Assembly (NCBI RefSeq): GCF_009914755.1
Contig: NC_060926.1
Source of the DNA: the human T2T-CHM13v2.0 reference genome, Homo sapiens
DNA: 64,000 nt
Strand: one strand, 5' to 3'
In this document: positions 41,313 through 57,063 of the stretch, piece after piece
Position numbering within the stretch: the stretch's first letter is position 1
Layout of the letters: each line of letters opens with the position of its first letter
The notes under the pieces: generated by a model
The model's input: only the letters and a program-made list of their open reading frames with translations
Told to the model about the DNA's origin: nothing
The model's database searches: none
Translations under genes and position numbers: made by a program

Positions 41313-42554
41313 CATTTATTTATCTGTTTATATATCCATCTATCTCTCTATATATTTTATACATAAAATGAATAAATTTTTTACCCCCTCTTCCAATCAT
41401 CCCTGTTGAAATGCATGGATAGTCTGGATAAAGAGACAGACATGTAGATGGGAAAATGATAAAGATTCACAGAGAGTGAAAAAATAATAACAGCTCTCCC
41501 TATGTAGCGCTCACTCTGTGCTGGGTGCCCTTCCCAGTATTTTACAAGTATTAACAAATCCTCACAGCAGCCCTGCTTGTGAGCTACTTAGTAGATGGGA
41601 ATAATGGCACAAAGAGTTAAGTAACTTGTCCATGGAGGCGCCTGCAGTTGATGTTTTAATCATAGAAGTCCAGGACTTTGGTTAACCCTCCCGTGTTTGG
41701 TGACCTTGTCCCAGCACTTCAGGCCAATGCATATCTCTTTTCTTTAACTTTCAGAGAAGCAGATTCTTCAGAGTCCACCTCCCTGCCTCCCCAGGGAGGA
41801 CCACACTGAGTCCATGTGATGGGAACCAATGTCTTGTGCGTGCCATGGAGGGGCGGCAGCTGCTCCTCTACCCTAGCACTGAGGACAGAGTGGGGGCTCT
41901 CTGCAGTCAACGGAGTTAAATTCCGGCCTCTACATAACTGTCTTCTGTTATGCATTCTAGAAGAACCACCTCAAAAGTGGAGCTAGCAGAGGTCTGATTA
42001 AAGACGTCTTCCATAAGTAGAATGAGCAAGAGCTCTATAAGGTGTAGGATGGAGTCTCTCAGGCCCCCTCCGTACCTTCTTGTCAAATCTCCTGGGCCAC
42101 ATGTTTTGTCACAAGCTGCAGAGTCTGACTGGTAGCTGAAGCTACCTGGAGGGCAACATTTCACCTCCCTAGGTATAAGGAAGGACCTAGCTCCAAGTGG
42201 GTTCCCTGCCTTTGACTATGGTCCCTGAGATGGCTTGAAACCTCGCTCCTCCAGAAGGGACCCTTCTAGTATTCTCTTCCTTGGCATTGGAGAGCTGCTT
42301 GCTAAGGTTTAAGAGGTTTGATTTTAAAAGGCATATATTGAATTCCTCTCAAGTGCTAGGCCCTGCGCACAGCATCCCCAGGGTCCCTGTGGACCACACG
42401 AAAAGGCCTGTGTGGGGTTTTAACCAGCTGATCTAACTCTTGTAATTGTGAGCTTTAAAGTAGACTCTACTGAAAGATAAGGAAATCTATTTTATTTACA
42501 AAGACTTAATAATTTGTACTCCAATCACAAAGTCTGGGTGGGTGCATTCTCCCT

Positions 42555-43040
42555 GAGAACTGAACCAGTCTCCCCATGTTAAATAATGCAGGGAACAAAC
42601 ACACTTTCCTGTCCTTGTGCTAAACAGTTCTGGGAAGAATTGAGAACGTTTTTATACCTGATTTTATACCAAACAATCTTGGGACCAGAGAGAAATAGCT
42701 TAGCTGCTTCCTCCAGGAAATACCTGTTCCTGGAAGATAAGACTGTGAACCAAGATTAACAGCTTTCTCATCAATGCGGCTTTGAGACCCTCACCTCACC
42801 ATGCCCATCAATCTCCAGCTGCTGTGTCAAAACTCTGCTCCATCCCAATCAGTTCTCCACCTTGTAATTCTTGCCATAAAATCAACCAGCCTTGGCCTTA
42901 AAATCTTATAAATACTCTTCCCTGATTTTCCCTTTGAGACACCACTGAGACCATCAAGGTGGTGTCTCCCTTGCTTTGTTGAGTTGGATCCACGTAGTTC
43001 TGCCTGATGGGTTTTCCTGGTGGGCATTAGGGGATTGACA
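42555..43040 (+). mobile_element. Old ERV1-type solo LTR (MER89/MER90-like)
   Basis: CTTATAAATA box, CCCTTTGAGACAC...TCAAGGTGGTG..., ending TTGACA. Confidence 0.45.
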
Positions 43041-43319
43041 GCTGACATCCCTGCTCTATTTGACTCTGTTAGTGAGCCCCTCTTGACCTCTCTGACCCAA
43101 GAGCTGTTCTCTGGGCAGTGTGAACAGCTTCATCTGCACATGTGCGTGGGAATGCAATTAGGGGTCAGGGAAATCCCCATCAGAGCATGGGAGCTCACCT
43201 GATCCTGGAACACTCTGCCAGACAGCCCATGGCTCACTCCTTCACCCCTTCCTCTTGACTCAAATGTGACCTTCTCAGGGAGGCCTATCCAGACCTCCCT
43301 TTTAAAAACAGAAAATCCA

Positions 43320-43645
43320 GGCTGGGCATGGTGGCTCATGCCTATAATCCAGTACTTTGGGAGGCTGAGGTGGGAGGATCACTTGAGCCTGGGAGTTCAT
43401 TCTGGACAATATGGTGAGACCCAGACTGTATTAAAAAAAAATTAGCCTGGTATGGTGGCATGTGCCTGTGGTCCCAGCTATTTGGGAGGCTGAGGTGGTA
43501 GGATTGCTTGAGGCCAGGAAGTTGAGGCTGCACACTCTAGCCTGGGTGAAAGAATGAGACCCTGTCTCAAACAAACAAACAAAAAACAGCAACAACAAAA
43601 ACCAGAAAGCAAAACGAAACAACAAACCCACAAAAACAAAAAATA
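43320..43645 (+). mobile_element. AluJ inserted in an L2-derived duplicated block
   Basis: GGAGGATCACTTGAGCC and GAGGCTGCA J-type motifs; A/C-rich tail; GAAAATC-like TSD. Confidence 0.92.
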
Positions 43646-43730
43646 CTGAAAAATCGCCACCCACTCACATAACTTTAGTATGCCCTGTCTTCCTTAGATT
43701 GATCTACTTTATTTTCATTATATTTTAATT

Positions 43731-44685
<955 letters not shown>

Positions 44686-44796
44686 TGAAATACCAGACAA
44701 ACATTAAAATTAACCAGGCAGTTCCAAAAATACAGATGACTGGGCGTGACTTACAGAGATTCTAGTTTGGTGGACTTGGGTGGGATGGAGAACGAT

Positions 44797-44797
<1 letters not shown>

Positions 44798-44849
<52 letters not shown>
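44798..44849. repeat. (TG)n microsatellite
   Basis: Direct inspection. Confidence 0.95.
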
Positions 44850-44852
<3 letters not shown>

Positions 44853-45337
44853 GCTATGTATGTGATGAAGCTGCGCAGCTGACTGACCTACCTACAAGTA
44901 ACCAACAACAAAGACAAGTACAGTCTGCATGGAGCAGAGCCATCATAAAAATGCACACCCCTTGATCTAGTTATTTCACTTCTAGGAGTTTATTCAAAGG
45001 AGAAAATCCCACAGGTACATGAAATTCTGTTCAACTAGAGTGTTCATTAAGTTTTGCTTATAAAGGGAAATCTAAGACTGAAAAACAATATATTAATATT
45101 TGTCAGAGACCTACACATTTACATTTCCTTCGTTTCAGATAGAATCAAATTTACCAACAAACATGTACCTCTATCCCAATGACGGCTTGCTGATGACAAA
45201 AACTGGAAACACCTTAGTGCTCACAATTAGGTTGGTTCAGTAGAAAGGAACTGCCTCCATGAATGATACACCACTCCATCGTCTAAATGATGATAGAGAT
45301 GAATATTTAACGGTGAGGGAACAATCTTCATGCTGTA

Positions 45338-45622
45338 TTTTTTTTTTCTTGTTTTTTGAGATGGAGTCTCACTCTGTCATCCAGGCTGGAGTGCAGTGAT
45401 GCCATCCCACCTCTCAGGTTCAAGTGATTCTCCTGCCTCAGCCTCCTGAGTAGCTGGGATTACAGGCACCTGCCACCACATCCAGCTAATTTTTGTATTT
45501 TTAGTAGAGACGGGGTTTCATCCTGTTGGCTAGGCTGGTCTCGAACTCCTGATCTCTGGTGATCCGTCTGTCTCGGCCTCCCAAAGTGGTGAGATTACAG
45601 TTGTGAGCCACCGTGCCTGGCC
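45338..45622 (-). mobile_element. AluS with a small internal deletion
   Basis: TSD CTTCATGCTGTATT at 45326-45339 and 45623-45636. Confidence 0.95.
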
Positions 45623-45654
45623 CTTCATGCTGTATTAAGTGAATAAAAATATAA

Positions 45655-47405
45655 CTCAACTCACCAAGTATTTATTATTTATTGTGTGTAGCCCAGGTTC
45701 TGTTCTAGGCTCTGGGAACACCTCGGTGAACACAGAAGTCAAAAGCCCTGACTGCATCATGAGGCTTACATTCCAGTGTGGGGAGAAAGCTGACCTTATG
45801 GTGTGTTCGAAGGTTAAACATATTATGGAAAAAAGTAGATAAGTCTAAGGAAGAGAGGCCATATTAAGGGTGTGTGTTTGGATGGGTGGGGGATTTTCAG
45901 TGTTAGAAAGGGAGGTCTGGATGGGCCTCACTGAGAAGGCTGTGTGTGAGTCAAGAGTAAGGGGTGATGGAGTGAGTTATGGGCTGTCAGCAGTGTTGCA
46001 GGCAGAAGGAACAGCAGTGCAGAGCCGCTGGGGTGCAGAGTCCCTGGCACAGACAAGGACTTTAAGAAGCCGTGGCAGGGCTGCAGTGGGGCGAAGGGAG
46101 GAGGAGCGAGGTCAAAGAGATAAGAGGTGTACGGCTCACAGGGGTTCCTATTGGCTATTGCAGGGGATTTGGCTCTTACTCTGAGGGAAAAGGGGAGCCA
46201 CTGCAGGGTTTTAAGTAGAGGAGCGACATAGTTACTTATGTTCTAAAATGATCATTCTGAAAGCTGTGTTTAGAATATTCTGTAGCTGCACTGTCTACTT
46301 TGGTGGCCACTTGCCACTTGTGGCTACTGAGCACTTGGGTTGTGGCAAAGCCGGAGCTGAGATGTGCCATCAGTGTGAAATACACACTGGCTTTGTATTA
46401 TAAACACTTAGTGTGAAAAAATGTAGAACATGTTACTGATTTTTATACTGATTGCATGTTGAAATGGTAGTATTTTGGATATATTGGATTAAATAAAGAA
46501 TATTGTTAAAATTAATTAATTTAAGTTTTTCCCCCTTTTTAATGTGGCTACTAGGATTTTCTTTAATGTTTTAATTTTTAATTTTTTATAGCTTTCCAGA
46601 AGCAATTTGAGGCTAGAAAATTTTAAATTACATATGTGGCAGCATTCTATTTCCACTGGACAGCTATAATCTGTAGAGGACACTTGGGGAGGTGACCTGC
46701 AATTGTACAGAGAGGAATGGTAGTGGTTTGGGCAAGGGTAATAGTGGTTAAGGGGAGATTTGAGGTAGGATTTATCTGGATGTATTTTGAATCAAGAAAT
46801 GATGATGATTTTTTTTTTGGATGGATTGAATGGGTGAAAGATAAAGATGAAGCCAGGATGATTCCAAGGTTTTGGACTGAGCACCTGGAAGGATTGAGTT
46901 GGGAAAGATCGGGACGTTAAATGTGAGAAGTGCACCACAGAGCCAAGTGGAGGTGTTTTGTAGAGAGTTACAGAGGCAAGTCTGGAGTTCAGGGGAGAGG
47001 TCAAGGCTGGGGACATAACCTGGGGAGAGAGCATGGAGACCTATTTAAAGCCATGGGTCTGGATGAGGAGCCTGAGAGAAGAGAAGAGAACCGAGGACTG
47101 AGACCTGGGTTCGCCCCTCCAATTTCGGGAGGCTGGGAGAAGAGCAGAAACCACAGAGGAAGTGGAGAGAGGTCCAGTGAGGTAGGAGGAAACCGGAGAG
47201 GCTGATGTCCTGGAAGTGGGGTGAAGAAAGTGCCTCCAAGAGGCAGGAGAGGGAAATTGAGGCAAATGCCTTCAAGAAGGTAGTTAGGAAGAAGGCTGAG
47301 ATTCGGCCCTCAGACTGAGCAGCATGGAGGCCACGGGTGATCTTGACAAGAGCCCTTTGGGGGAAGGTAGTGGTAAAAAACCTGACTGGAGGAGTGGCTT
47401 GAGGA
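45655..47405 (-). mobile_element. L2 LINE (about 1.3 kb net), interrupted by MER33
   Basis: AAGTATTTATT...TGTTCTAGGCTCTGGGAAC; GGCCTCACTGAGAAGG; GGAGCCACTGCAGGGTTTTAAG; GTCTGGAGTTCAGGGGAGAGG; GGTGATCTTGACAAGAGC. Confidence 0.85.
46286..46664 (-). mobile_element. MER33 (hAT-Charlie)
   Basis: TGTGGCTACTGAGCACTTG...TGCATGTTGAAATG...AAATTACATATGTGGC. Confidence 0.8.
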
Positions 47406-47419
47406 AGAGCAACCTCTCA

Positions 47420-47867
<448 letters not shown>

Positions 47868-48409
47868 GAAAGTCAGCAATTGGACCCCTGGGATTATAAA
47901 TGTTATTTTTTGAAAAAAATTATTGTTTTTTTTTGCTGTAATGTTTTAAAATTACTTTAATATTTCAAAGAACGAGTTTGAACAAAATTTAAACAAAAAG
48001 TTATAAAGCCAACAGTGGAGTTAGTACAACTTCTTGTTAGCCAAACCCTCCAACTAGCTTAGCTCTTGAACAGAGAATAAACTGGGTTGGAAGGTTCCTC
48101 AGGGATGCTTTCAAATTTTCCTTAAAATGTGTGGTCATGTCTCTTTACCTAAGATGAGATGCAATATTTATTTCTCCTTAAATTACTAGGATCCATTTCC
48201 TACTGGCCTGTCTCTAGAAGAGACCTGAACTAATTGATCCACCACCCGTCGATGAAGGGCTTTTAAAAGGATCTTCTTACTCTTGAGTCTCTTAGAATGA
48301 AAGTCAAGAAGTTGACTAAATCAGGATTACTTCCTCACGACTGGTATTTTGGAAAGTATTTGGTGCAGCAAGTGTTTTTACTTGAGGAGTGCTTATTATT
48401 AACAGTAAA

Positions 48410-48630
48410 ATAGTGGTAAGCGACTATTCACTGAAGTGTTCACCAGGTGCCAGATTCCATGTGAAGGGCTTTACATACCTTTGTTCATATAATCAGCACA
48501 ACAACCCTATGAGTTAGATGTTATTACTTGCATTTTAATGGCTAAGGCAGCTAAAGCTCAGAAATCACACAAGTAGTGTGTGGCAAATCACGGACTCCAG
48601 CCAGGCTTGTCTGATCAAAACTTGATTCCT
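48410..48630 (-). mobile_element. MIR
   Basis: CACAACAACCCTATGAGTTAGATGTTATTA. Confidence 0.6.
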
Positions 48631-49766
48631 GTCCACTCTCAGGAGTGTGCCATACCAGGCGAAAGCTCCCTCCTGCTCCAGGCCCTGCAGATTGCTTTCT
48701 AAGGCAGGGAGAGAGGCAGTGCAGGGGCAAGGCCCTATGGCGCCTCTTGGAAGGTTTCCACCAAGGCTTCAGAATGAACAAAGATGAATTTTATTACTGA
48801 AAGAGGAGCTTTTCCTACATTCTGAGCTTAAAAACTAGTCAAGAAACCTAAGCAGTAACGTCTGTAACCCTGGCCTATGATAGGTTTTTGGCAGAACCAG
48901 ACTCTAGTGTTCCTGTGGGTGGGTCAGAGCCCATTTATCTCTATAGCAGAGGTAGTTACATTACAGTGATGAGAGAAGTGGTCTGAAACTCATCCTGATC
49001 ATTTATCCACAAATTGCTGCAGTGGTCATTTTATTCCCCAAATAAAGGACCCTTGTACAATTGAATTCCATTATATGTCCTTTGTTATTACATGAACTTG
49101 ACTATTTGGCCAACCAGTAGCATCTCCATAGAGTATAAACATTTTTTACAGTGAACTCAATAAATACAACAGACACTTCCTCTAGCCTTGATTTTTCATT
49201 ATGAAGGGGCATAATAATAGCAACCCTCATAGGGTTGGAGCTATTGTCACTGCTTAGCACATTGACTAGCCCATATTAAAGGCTCAGTAAATGTTAGCTG
49301 ACATTAATAATAAATTCATATTAGAAGACTACATAATTAGCATATCAAACACCATCCTGAACATCATACACTGCTTCTTTAGCTGAAATGACATTCTTCA
49401 TAGGCAAATTGTGCTTCTAGGATGTTTAATAGTTTTATTCTCTTAAGTAGGTAAATATTCTTTCTATAATTTCATTTACTCTGTAAGATGAGCCAGTAAG
49501 TTGTTTTGTCCCTAGATAGAGGCATTGATTTTGCATGCCTGAGTTCATGTGAACTCAAAATTAATGAAGAAAATCTGAATTGACAAAAAACTACTGTATG
49601 TTGCAGATTGCAAATTTACTTAGCCAGATGTGTATAGTTTTTTTTATGTTGTCAACAAATAATCTAGTTTTTCTCTAACTTATAAGTTCTTCAAAGTTTA
49701 AAACAGTTTGACTTGATTAAATTGTTAGGTAATACATTCAAATATTTTAGGAAAAAAAGCGCGGTC

Positions 49767-50149
<383 letters not shown>

Positions 50150-51104
50150 TGAAGGAAGGAGAGGGACTCTTGGATGGGCATTTGAGGTGGCAGCTTCCAA
50201 GAGTCCCTCATGGTGAGTAGGAGTGGCCCTCCGGCCTTGGGGGTCCGTGCCCTTCATCTGACACAATCCCTTACATTGCGGCCCTTATCAGCACGTCTCT
50301 GCTTCCTCTTTCCGTAATTCCCTGGCTGGGAGGGGTGGGCTTTCCCTTCCTTTTTCAGTTGCATCTCTCCCTTGTAGAAAAGGACTTAGACTCTGGTCTC
50401 CCAGCCCTGGTCCTTGATGCATCACATAGATTCTAAAGACACTTAGCAAATCCTTTCTGGTTTTTGCAATGTCTGACCTTCTAGCCTACTGTCTTCTTAA
50501 AGAGGTCATGGTCTAGCTGTCTTCTGCCCTGGAGCAATACGCCACATTCCAGGAAATAGGAGGTTGCATGTGGAAAAAGAGGAGGTGGGGTTAAAATGCC
50601 TTGATTTAATATTGGCAAAATATTATCCCTGTAGCTGTGTTTTGGAAATGAGTGCAAACCTGGCCGTCTAAATGGCCACGTTAACTTGGGTAACTGCCAT
50701 ATGTAAATAACATGCAGAAGTGGAAAGATGGACCAGATGGTTAATAACAGATGTGGTGATTGAGTGCTGGAGGAATTAATGGTGAATAATGACTAGAATG
50801 CTAACTGATAGTATTTCTAACACCAGGAGTGACAGACAGTGAACAAACTTGGTAATAATTAGAAAAGAAAGAACAACAAGAGGGTATGTCAAAGTTTGTG
50901 TTAACTGAAGTTCCCATATGGATCCAAGATTGCGGCAGTGATGATTTCTGCAACACGAGGACCATCTGTTTCCTCATAGCAGCATCATTTAACAGTGAAA
51001 GGACAGGGCCTCAGCCTTAAATTCGGGGAAAACAAGTAGCTAGAACCAATGAGAAGGGAAATGTTGATGTTAATATATGAGTTTATTTTCTGTTATTCAG
51101 ATAG

Positions 51105-51532
<428 letters not shown>

Positions 51533-52132
51533 TCTCTCTTCCTCCTCCTCCTCCTTCTTCTTCTTCTTCTTCGTCTTTAAAAAAATCTGTCTTCTTCTGT
51601 CATTCAGTTACAAACCCACTGACTGCTCCAGCCCCACCAATCACTTTTCCTTTGGAATTCTTATTCCAGGCAGCCAGCACAATACAAGTTAGCATTTGAC
51701 TTAATAGTGCTATATTCTGTCTTGTTAACAAAATTATTTCTTGTATATTAGAGCCATCTTCTCAATGGGATTATATATGCTCCCATGGAAGAGAATCTAG
51801 ACATTTGCTGCTCTGTACTTACTGTCCTTCATTAGTGAATGTTAGCTTTATGACAGACTAATAATTATGAGAAAAACAGTAATAGTTATTTTATCAATAG
51901 TGTGGTCTGAATAGTCGAGTGTAGAGATTTGCTTTTGGTTTTGTTTAATGCCTGTTTGAAGAGCTTCCTGATGAAATGGGATGTGCTTGGCATTGTGCTT
52001 GGAGTTGTCATTGTCATTCTCATCATCCTCATCCTCATCCTCATCACCATGTCACAATAAACACTGCTTCCAGTTAATATTCACCCCTTCTTATGTGCCA
52101 ATTATGTTATTTAATTCTCAAAATAGTCTTAA

Positions 52133-53002
52133 TGACATACTCTGAAGGTAAAACCAAACTGTGTTTTTTCCTACCCTCACACAACAGCACTCAGCTCTGG
52201 TCACCAAAATGTGTGTGGGAATTTCTCCCTACCAATAACCAATTCTCTAATTTAATTCCGACGCCATCTACCTGGAGACAGCGTCATGTCCCACAGGTTA
52301 TAGGCTCATTCCCACAAGACTGACCCCACTTCAGATGCCAACCACAAGTCCCGAGTTGTAATCTGTGCTTCTGACTCAATGACTGTAAATGGAGGGTTCC
52401 CAGCACCCCCACCTTGGGTTTGATTAATTTGCTAGAGTGGCTCACAGAACTCAGGGAAACACTTACTTACATTTACTCATTTATCATAAAATATACTACA
52501 AAGGATACAGATGAACAGCTGGATTCTAAAGACACTTTAGCAAATCCTTAGATTTGCAAGGTAAATCTAAGGATTTGTAGGGTGAGGTAAGAGGGAAGGG
52601 GCGCAGAGCTTCCATTCCCTCTCCAGGCACAGCACCCTCCAGGAACCTCTGTGAGTTCAGCAACTGGAAAGCCCTCTGACCCTGTCCTTTCCCATTTTTA
52701 TGGAGGCTTCATTATGCTGGCATGACTGATGACATCATTGGCCATTGGTGATCAATCTCTAGCCCCTGTCTCCTCCTAAGAGGTTGGAGAGTGGGGTGAA
52801 TGCCCCAATCCTCCACTCATGGTTTGGTCTTTTTGGTGATCAGTCCCCATCCTGAAGCTTTCTAGGGGCCCCCAGATGTCATTCATCTTATTAGCATACA
52901 AAAGGCACTCTTATTACTACAGAAATTTCAAGGGTTTTAGGAGCTGTGTGCCAGGATTGAGGGGCAGGATCAAATTTTTTATTATTATATCACAATATCA
53001 CA
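52133..53002 (-). mobile_element. MER21-type LTR
   Basis: TTTGCTAGAGTGGCTCACAGAACTCAGGGAAACAC; AAGGATACAGATGAACAG; terminal TATCACAATATCACA. Confidence 0.85.
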
Positions 53003-54255
53003 CATAGATATCACTTCTCCCATTTTGTAAATGAGAAAACAGGTGTCTAGAGAACTTACTAACTCCATTTATTGTAATTGACTTATTCAACAGTAATAGA
53101 GCACCAATTATGTCTCAAAAATATTTTGAAGTTCTACAAATATCTTATTTCATTCTCAAGACAATCTTAAATGAGGTGAGGTTTCATTGTCCTCATTGCA
53201 CAGATTAGAAAACTAAGAATCCTGGAGAATTTAGTAACTTAACTACTGTTTCATGCAAGTCTGCACACTAAAAGAATGGCGGAATTCAGTGAGTGAACTC
53301 GGTTCTGATTGACTTTGTATCCTGATGCTGCCCTAAGATGCTGGCAAGAGTAACCGTACCCCATGCTCCATGCTTACCGCATACGAGAGGGCCTTGTAAA
53401 TTCCTTGCAAATCAGAAACACACAACACAGATTTGGGAACACATGGACTCCTCTGCCTCCTGGAACTTAGCAGGGGCACAGAGTGACTTGTCTCCTTAAA
53501 CATCCACTGTGTGACTAATACTGTTCCAGCCCCAGGGAAACATTTCTTCACATCTCTTCCTATTTCCTCAGAATAAAAGACAACTGTGTTGGAAGATTGC
53601 CAAGGTTTGTAGCTGTGCCACCGCAGACTTCAGAGATGAACACTGCCTTGGAGACGAGGAGGATTCAAGTTGCAGAAGCATTTAGGTAAAAGAAAAGATA
53701 AGCTAATTAAGTTGTCAAAATTTTCCTTGAAGAAAGACTAATTAAATTGCCAGATTCTCTCTCTCAGAACACGTGAAGACTGTAGAGTCTTGCAAAACAG
53801 AGTATCATTATCCACTAGTGCTAACATTCATTTTCCTACTTCATTTCACGTTCCAGTTGGAAGTACTCACCAGTTAGGTCCATAGTCACAAACATTGCAC
53901 TGATGGCTGGGGAACATTTTGCAAAATTGTATGTCTGTAAGTCTAGACACAACACCATGAAGCATGGTACCCACTCATCATGTTGACATTTAGGAGGACA
54001 GTGAATGCCAGAATCATGAATAGTTTTATGTTTAGATAACCAATTTAAAAGATTTAAACTTTCAAAAACTTAAAAAGAGCTTTTACAAAATACATTTGAT
54101 TTTAAAAGTTGATCATAATTATAACTTTACTTTGCCTTTAACTTTGTTGCATAATTTAGACTATTTTTGAAAAAAAACTTTTTGTAAAATTTAAGAAAAA
54201 TAATTTTAATTTTTCATTGACACCTTTGAAGGAACTTTTAAATTTTGTATTCAAA

Positions 54256-54554
<299 letters not shown>

Positions 54555-55082
54555 CCATTTTGTTTTTTAATCTCTAATATCATTACTGACAATAGAACAC
54601 AAATTATGGTTAAACTTTTAACATAATTTATGATTTTAATAAAATGAAGTAAGGGATAAAAACTTTCATGGAATAAACATGTAATAATATATTAATTAAC
54701 TATTTTTTTATCATCACCCATCCAAACATTACCTACTCATCAGTAGAATACCCAGGAAGGCACAATCACTGCACTCAGCTGTCTTTGGCATCTTGCTAGT
54801 TTTAGTAACATAAAAGCCATAAGGTTACACATTTTGAAAGTTTGTTGCAGAGAAAGGTGTATTTGTCAAGAGAGGAGGATAGAATGTACTTGATCAGGCA
54901 GTTTGTGAGCTTGATTTATATCTTTTAGATATTTGGACACATGGCATGATGGACCAAATTGTGTGCCCCCCCACTCCGATTCATATGTTGAAGGCTGAAT
55001 ATGGCATGAGGGCTCCCAGCTGTACTTTTGCCTTGAGCCCTGCAAATGAACCTGTTAAGGGCAGCCTTGCTAGAAGCCAAGC

Positions 55083-56157
55083 TTTTTTACTTTGTTTTAA
55101 ATTGACACATAATAATTTGTACATATTTATAGGATACAGTGTAATGTTTTGATGCATGTCTATGTTGTACAAGGATCAAATCAGGGTATCTAGTGTATCC
55201 ATCACCTCAAAAGACTTGTCATTTCTTTGTGGTGAGAACATTAAAAATGTTCTCTTCTAGCTATTTTGATATGCGCGATATATTATTGTTAACTACAGTC
55301 ACCTTACTGTGGTAGAACACCAGAGCTCTTTTCTCCTATTTAACTTTGTACTGGTTGGGCAACTTCTCCCTTCACTCCATCTTCCCTTCCCCAGCCTCTC
55401 GCAACCACTCTTCTACTTTCTGTTTCTATGAGATCCACTTTTACAGATTCCACATATGAGTGAGATCATGGCGTAATTGTCCTTCTGTGCCTGGCTTGTT
55501 TAACATCATGTCCTCTAGATTCGATCCATATTGTCTCAAATGACAAGATTTCATTCTTTTTTATGGATGGATAATATTCCATTGTATATATGTACCACAT
55601 TCTTCTGTAGATGGGCACTTAGGTTGCTTCTAAATCTTGTCTACTGTGAACAGTGCTACAATAAACATGGGAGTGCTGATATCTCTATCATATGGTAGTT
55701 CTAGTTCCAATTTTTTTTTTTTTTTTTTTTTTTTGAGATGAAGTCTCGCTGTTATCGCCCAGGCTGGAGTGCAATGGTGTGACCTAGGCTGGCTCACTGC
55801 AGCCTCCGCCTCCCAGGTTCGAGCAATTCTTGTGCCTCAGCCTCCTGAGTAGCTGGCACCTGCCACCACACCCTTCTAATTTTTGCATTTTTAGTAGAGA
55901 TGGCATTTCACCATGTTTGCCAGGCTGGTCTCGAACTCCTGACCTCAGGTGATCTGCCCACCTCGGCCTTCCAAAGTGCTGGGATTACAGGTGTGAGCCA
56001 CCGCGCCTAGCCCTATTTTTAATATTTGAGGCACCTCCATAGTGTTCTCCATAATGGCTGTACTAATTTACATTCCCATCAACAATGTGTAAGAATTCCC
56101 TTTTCTCTTCTAACAGGGGTGAGGTGATATCTCATTATGGCTTTGATTTGCACTTCT
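55083..56157 (-). mobile_element. L1MA-like 3' fragment split by an Alu
   Basis: AATTGACACATAATAATTTGTACATATTTATAGG; GATTCCACATATGAGTGAGATCATG; CATAATGGCTGTACTAATTTACATTCCC. Confidence 0.88.
55711..56012 (-). mobile_element. AluS inside L1
   Basis: Degenerate TSD CTAGTTCCAAT / CTATTTTTAAT; the L1 continues on both sides. Confidence 0.95.
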
Positions 56158-56489
56158 CCACCATAGAAGAATTTTGGAAACACAGATATAACTTCCAAAT
56201 CACACGTGTTACTAGTTAGAAATCCAGGGTTCAAACAGGAGTCTGACTCCTGAGTTTCTGCCTCAAAATGTGTTGCCAAACCTTTGGTAGGTTGTCAGCC
56301 TGGTTAAAGTGCATGCCAGGGAAGTTCCCAACCTCTGCATCCTCTGTGTTAGGAAAGACGAGGGTTAGAAAGGGGGATGGGGCAGGACTGAGGGCTTTGC
56401 CTGCTCTACCAGTCAGAGGTATTTGGAAAAGAGATGGGAAGCACAAACGGATTTGCTGAGATTCCTTCAGTGGCCTGACTGTTTACAGC

Positions 56490-57063
<574 letters not shown>

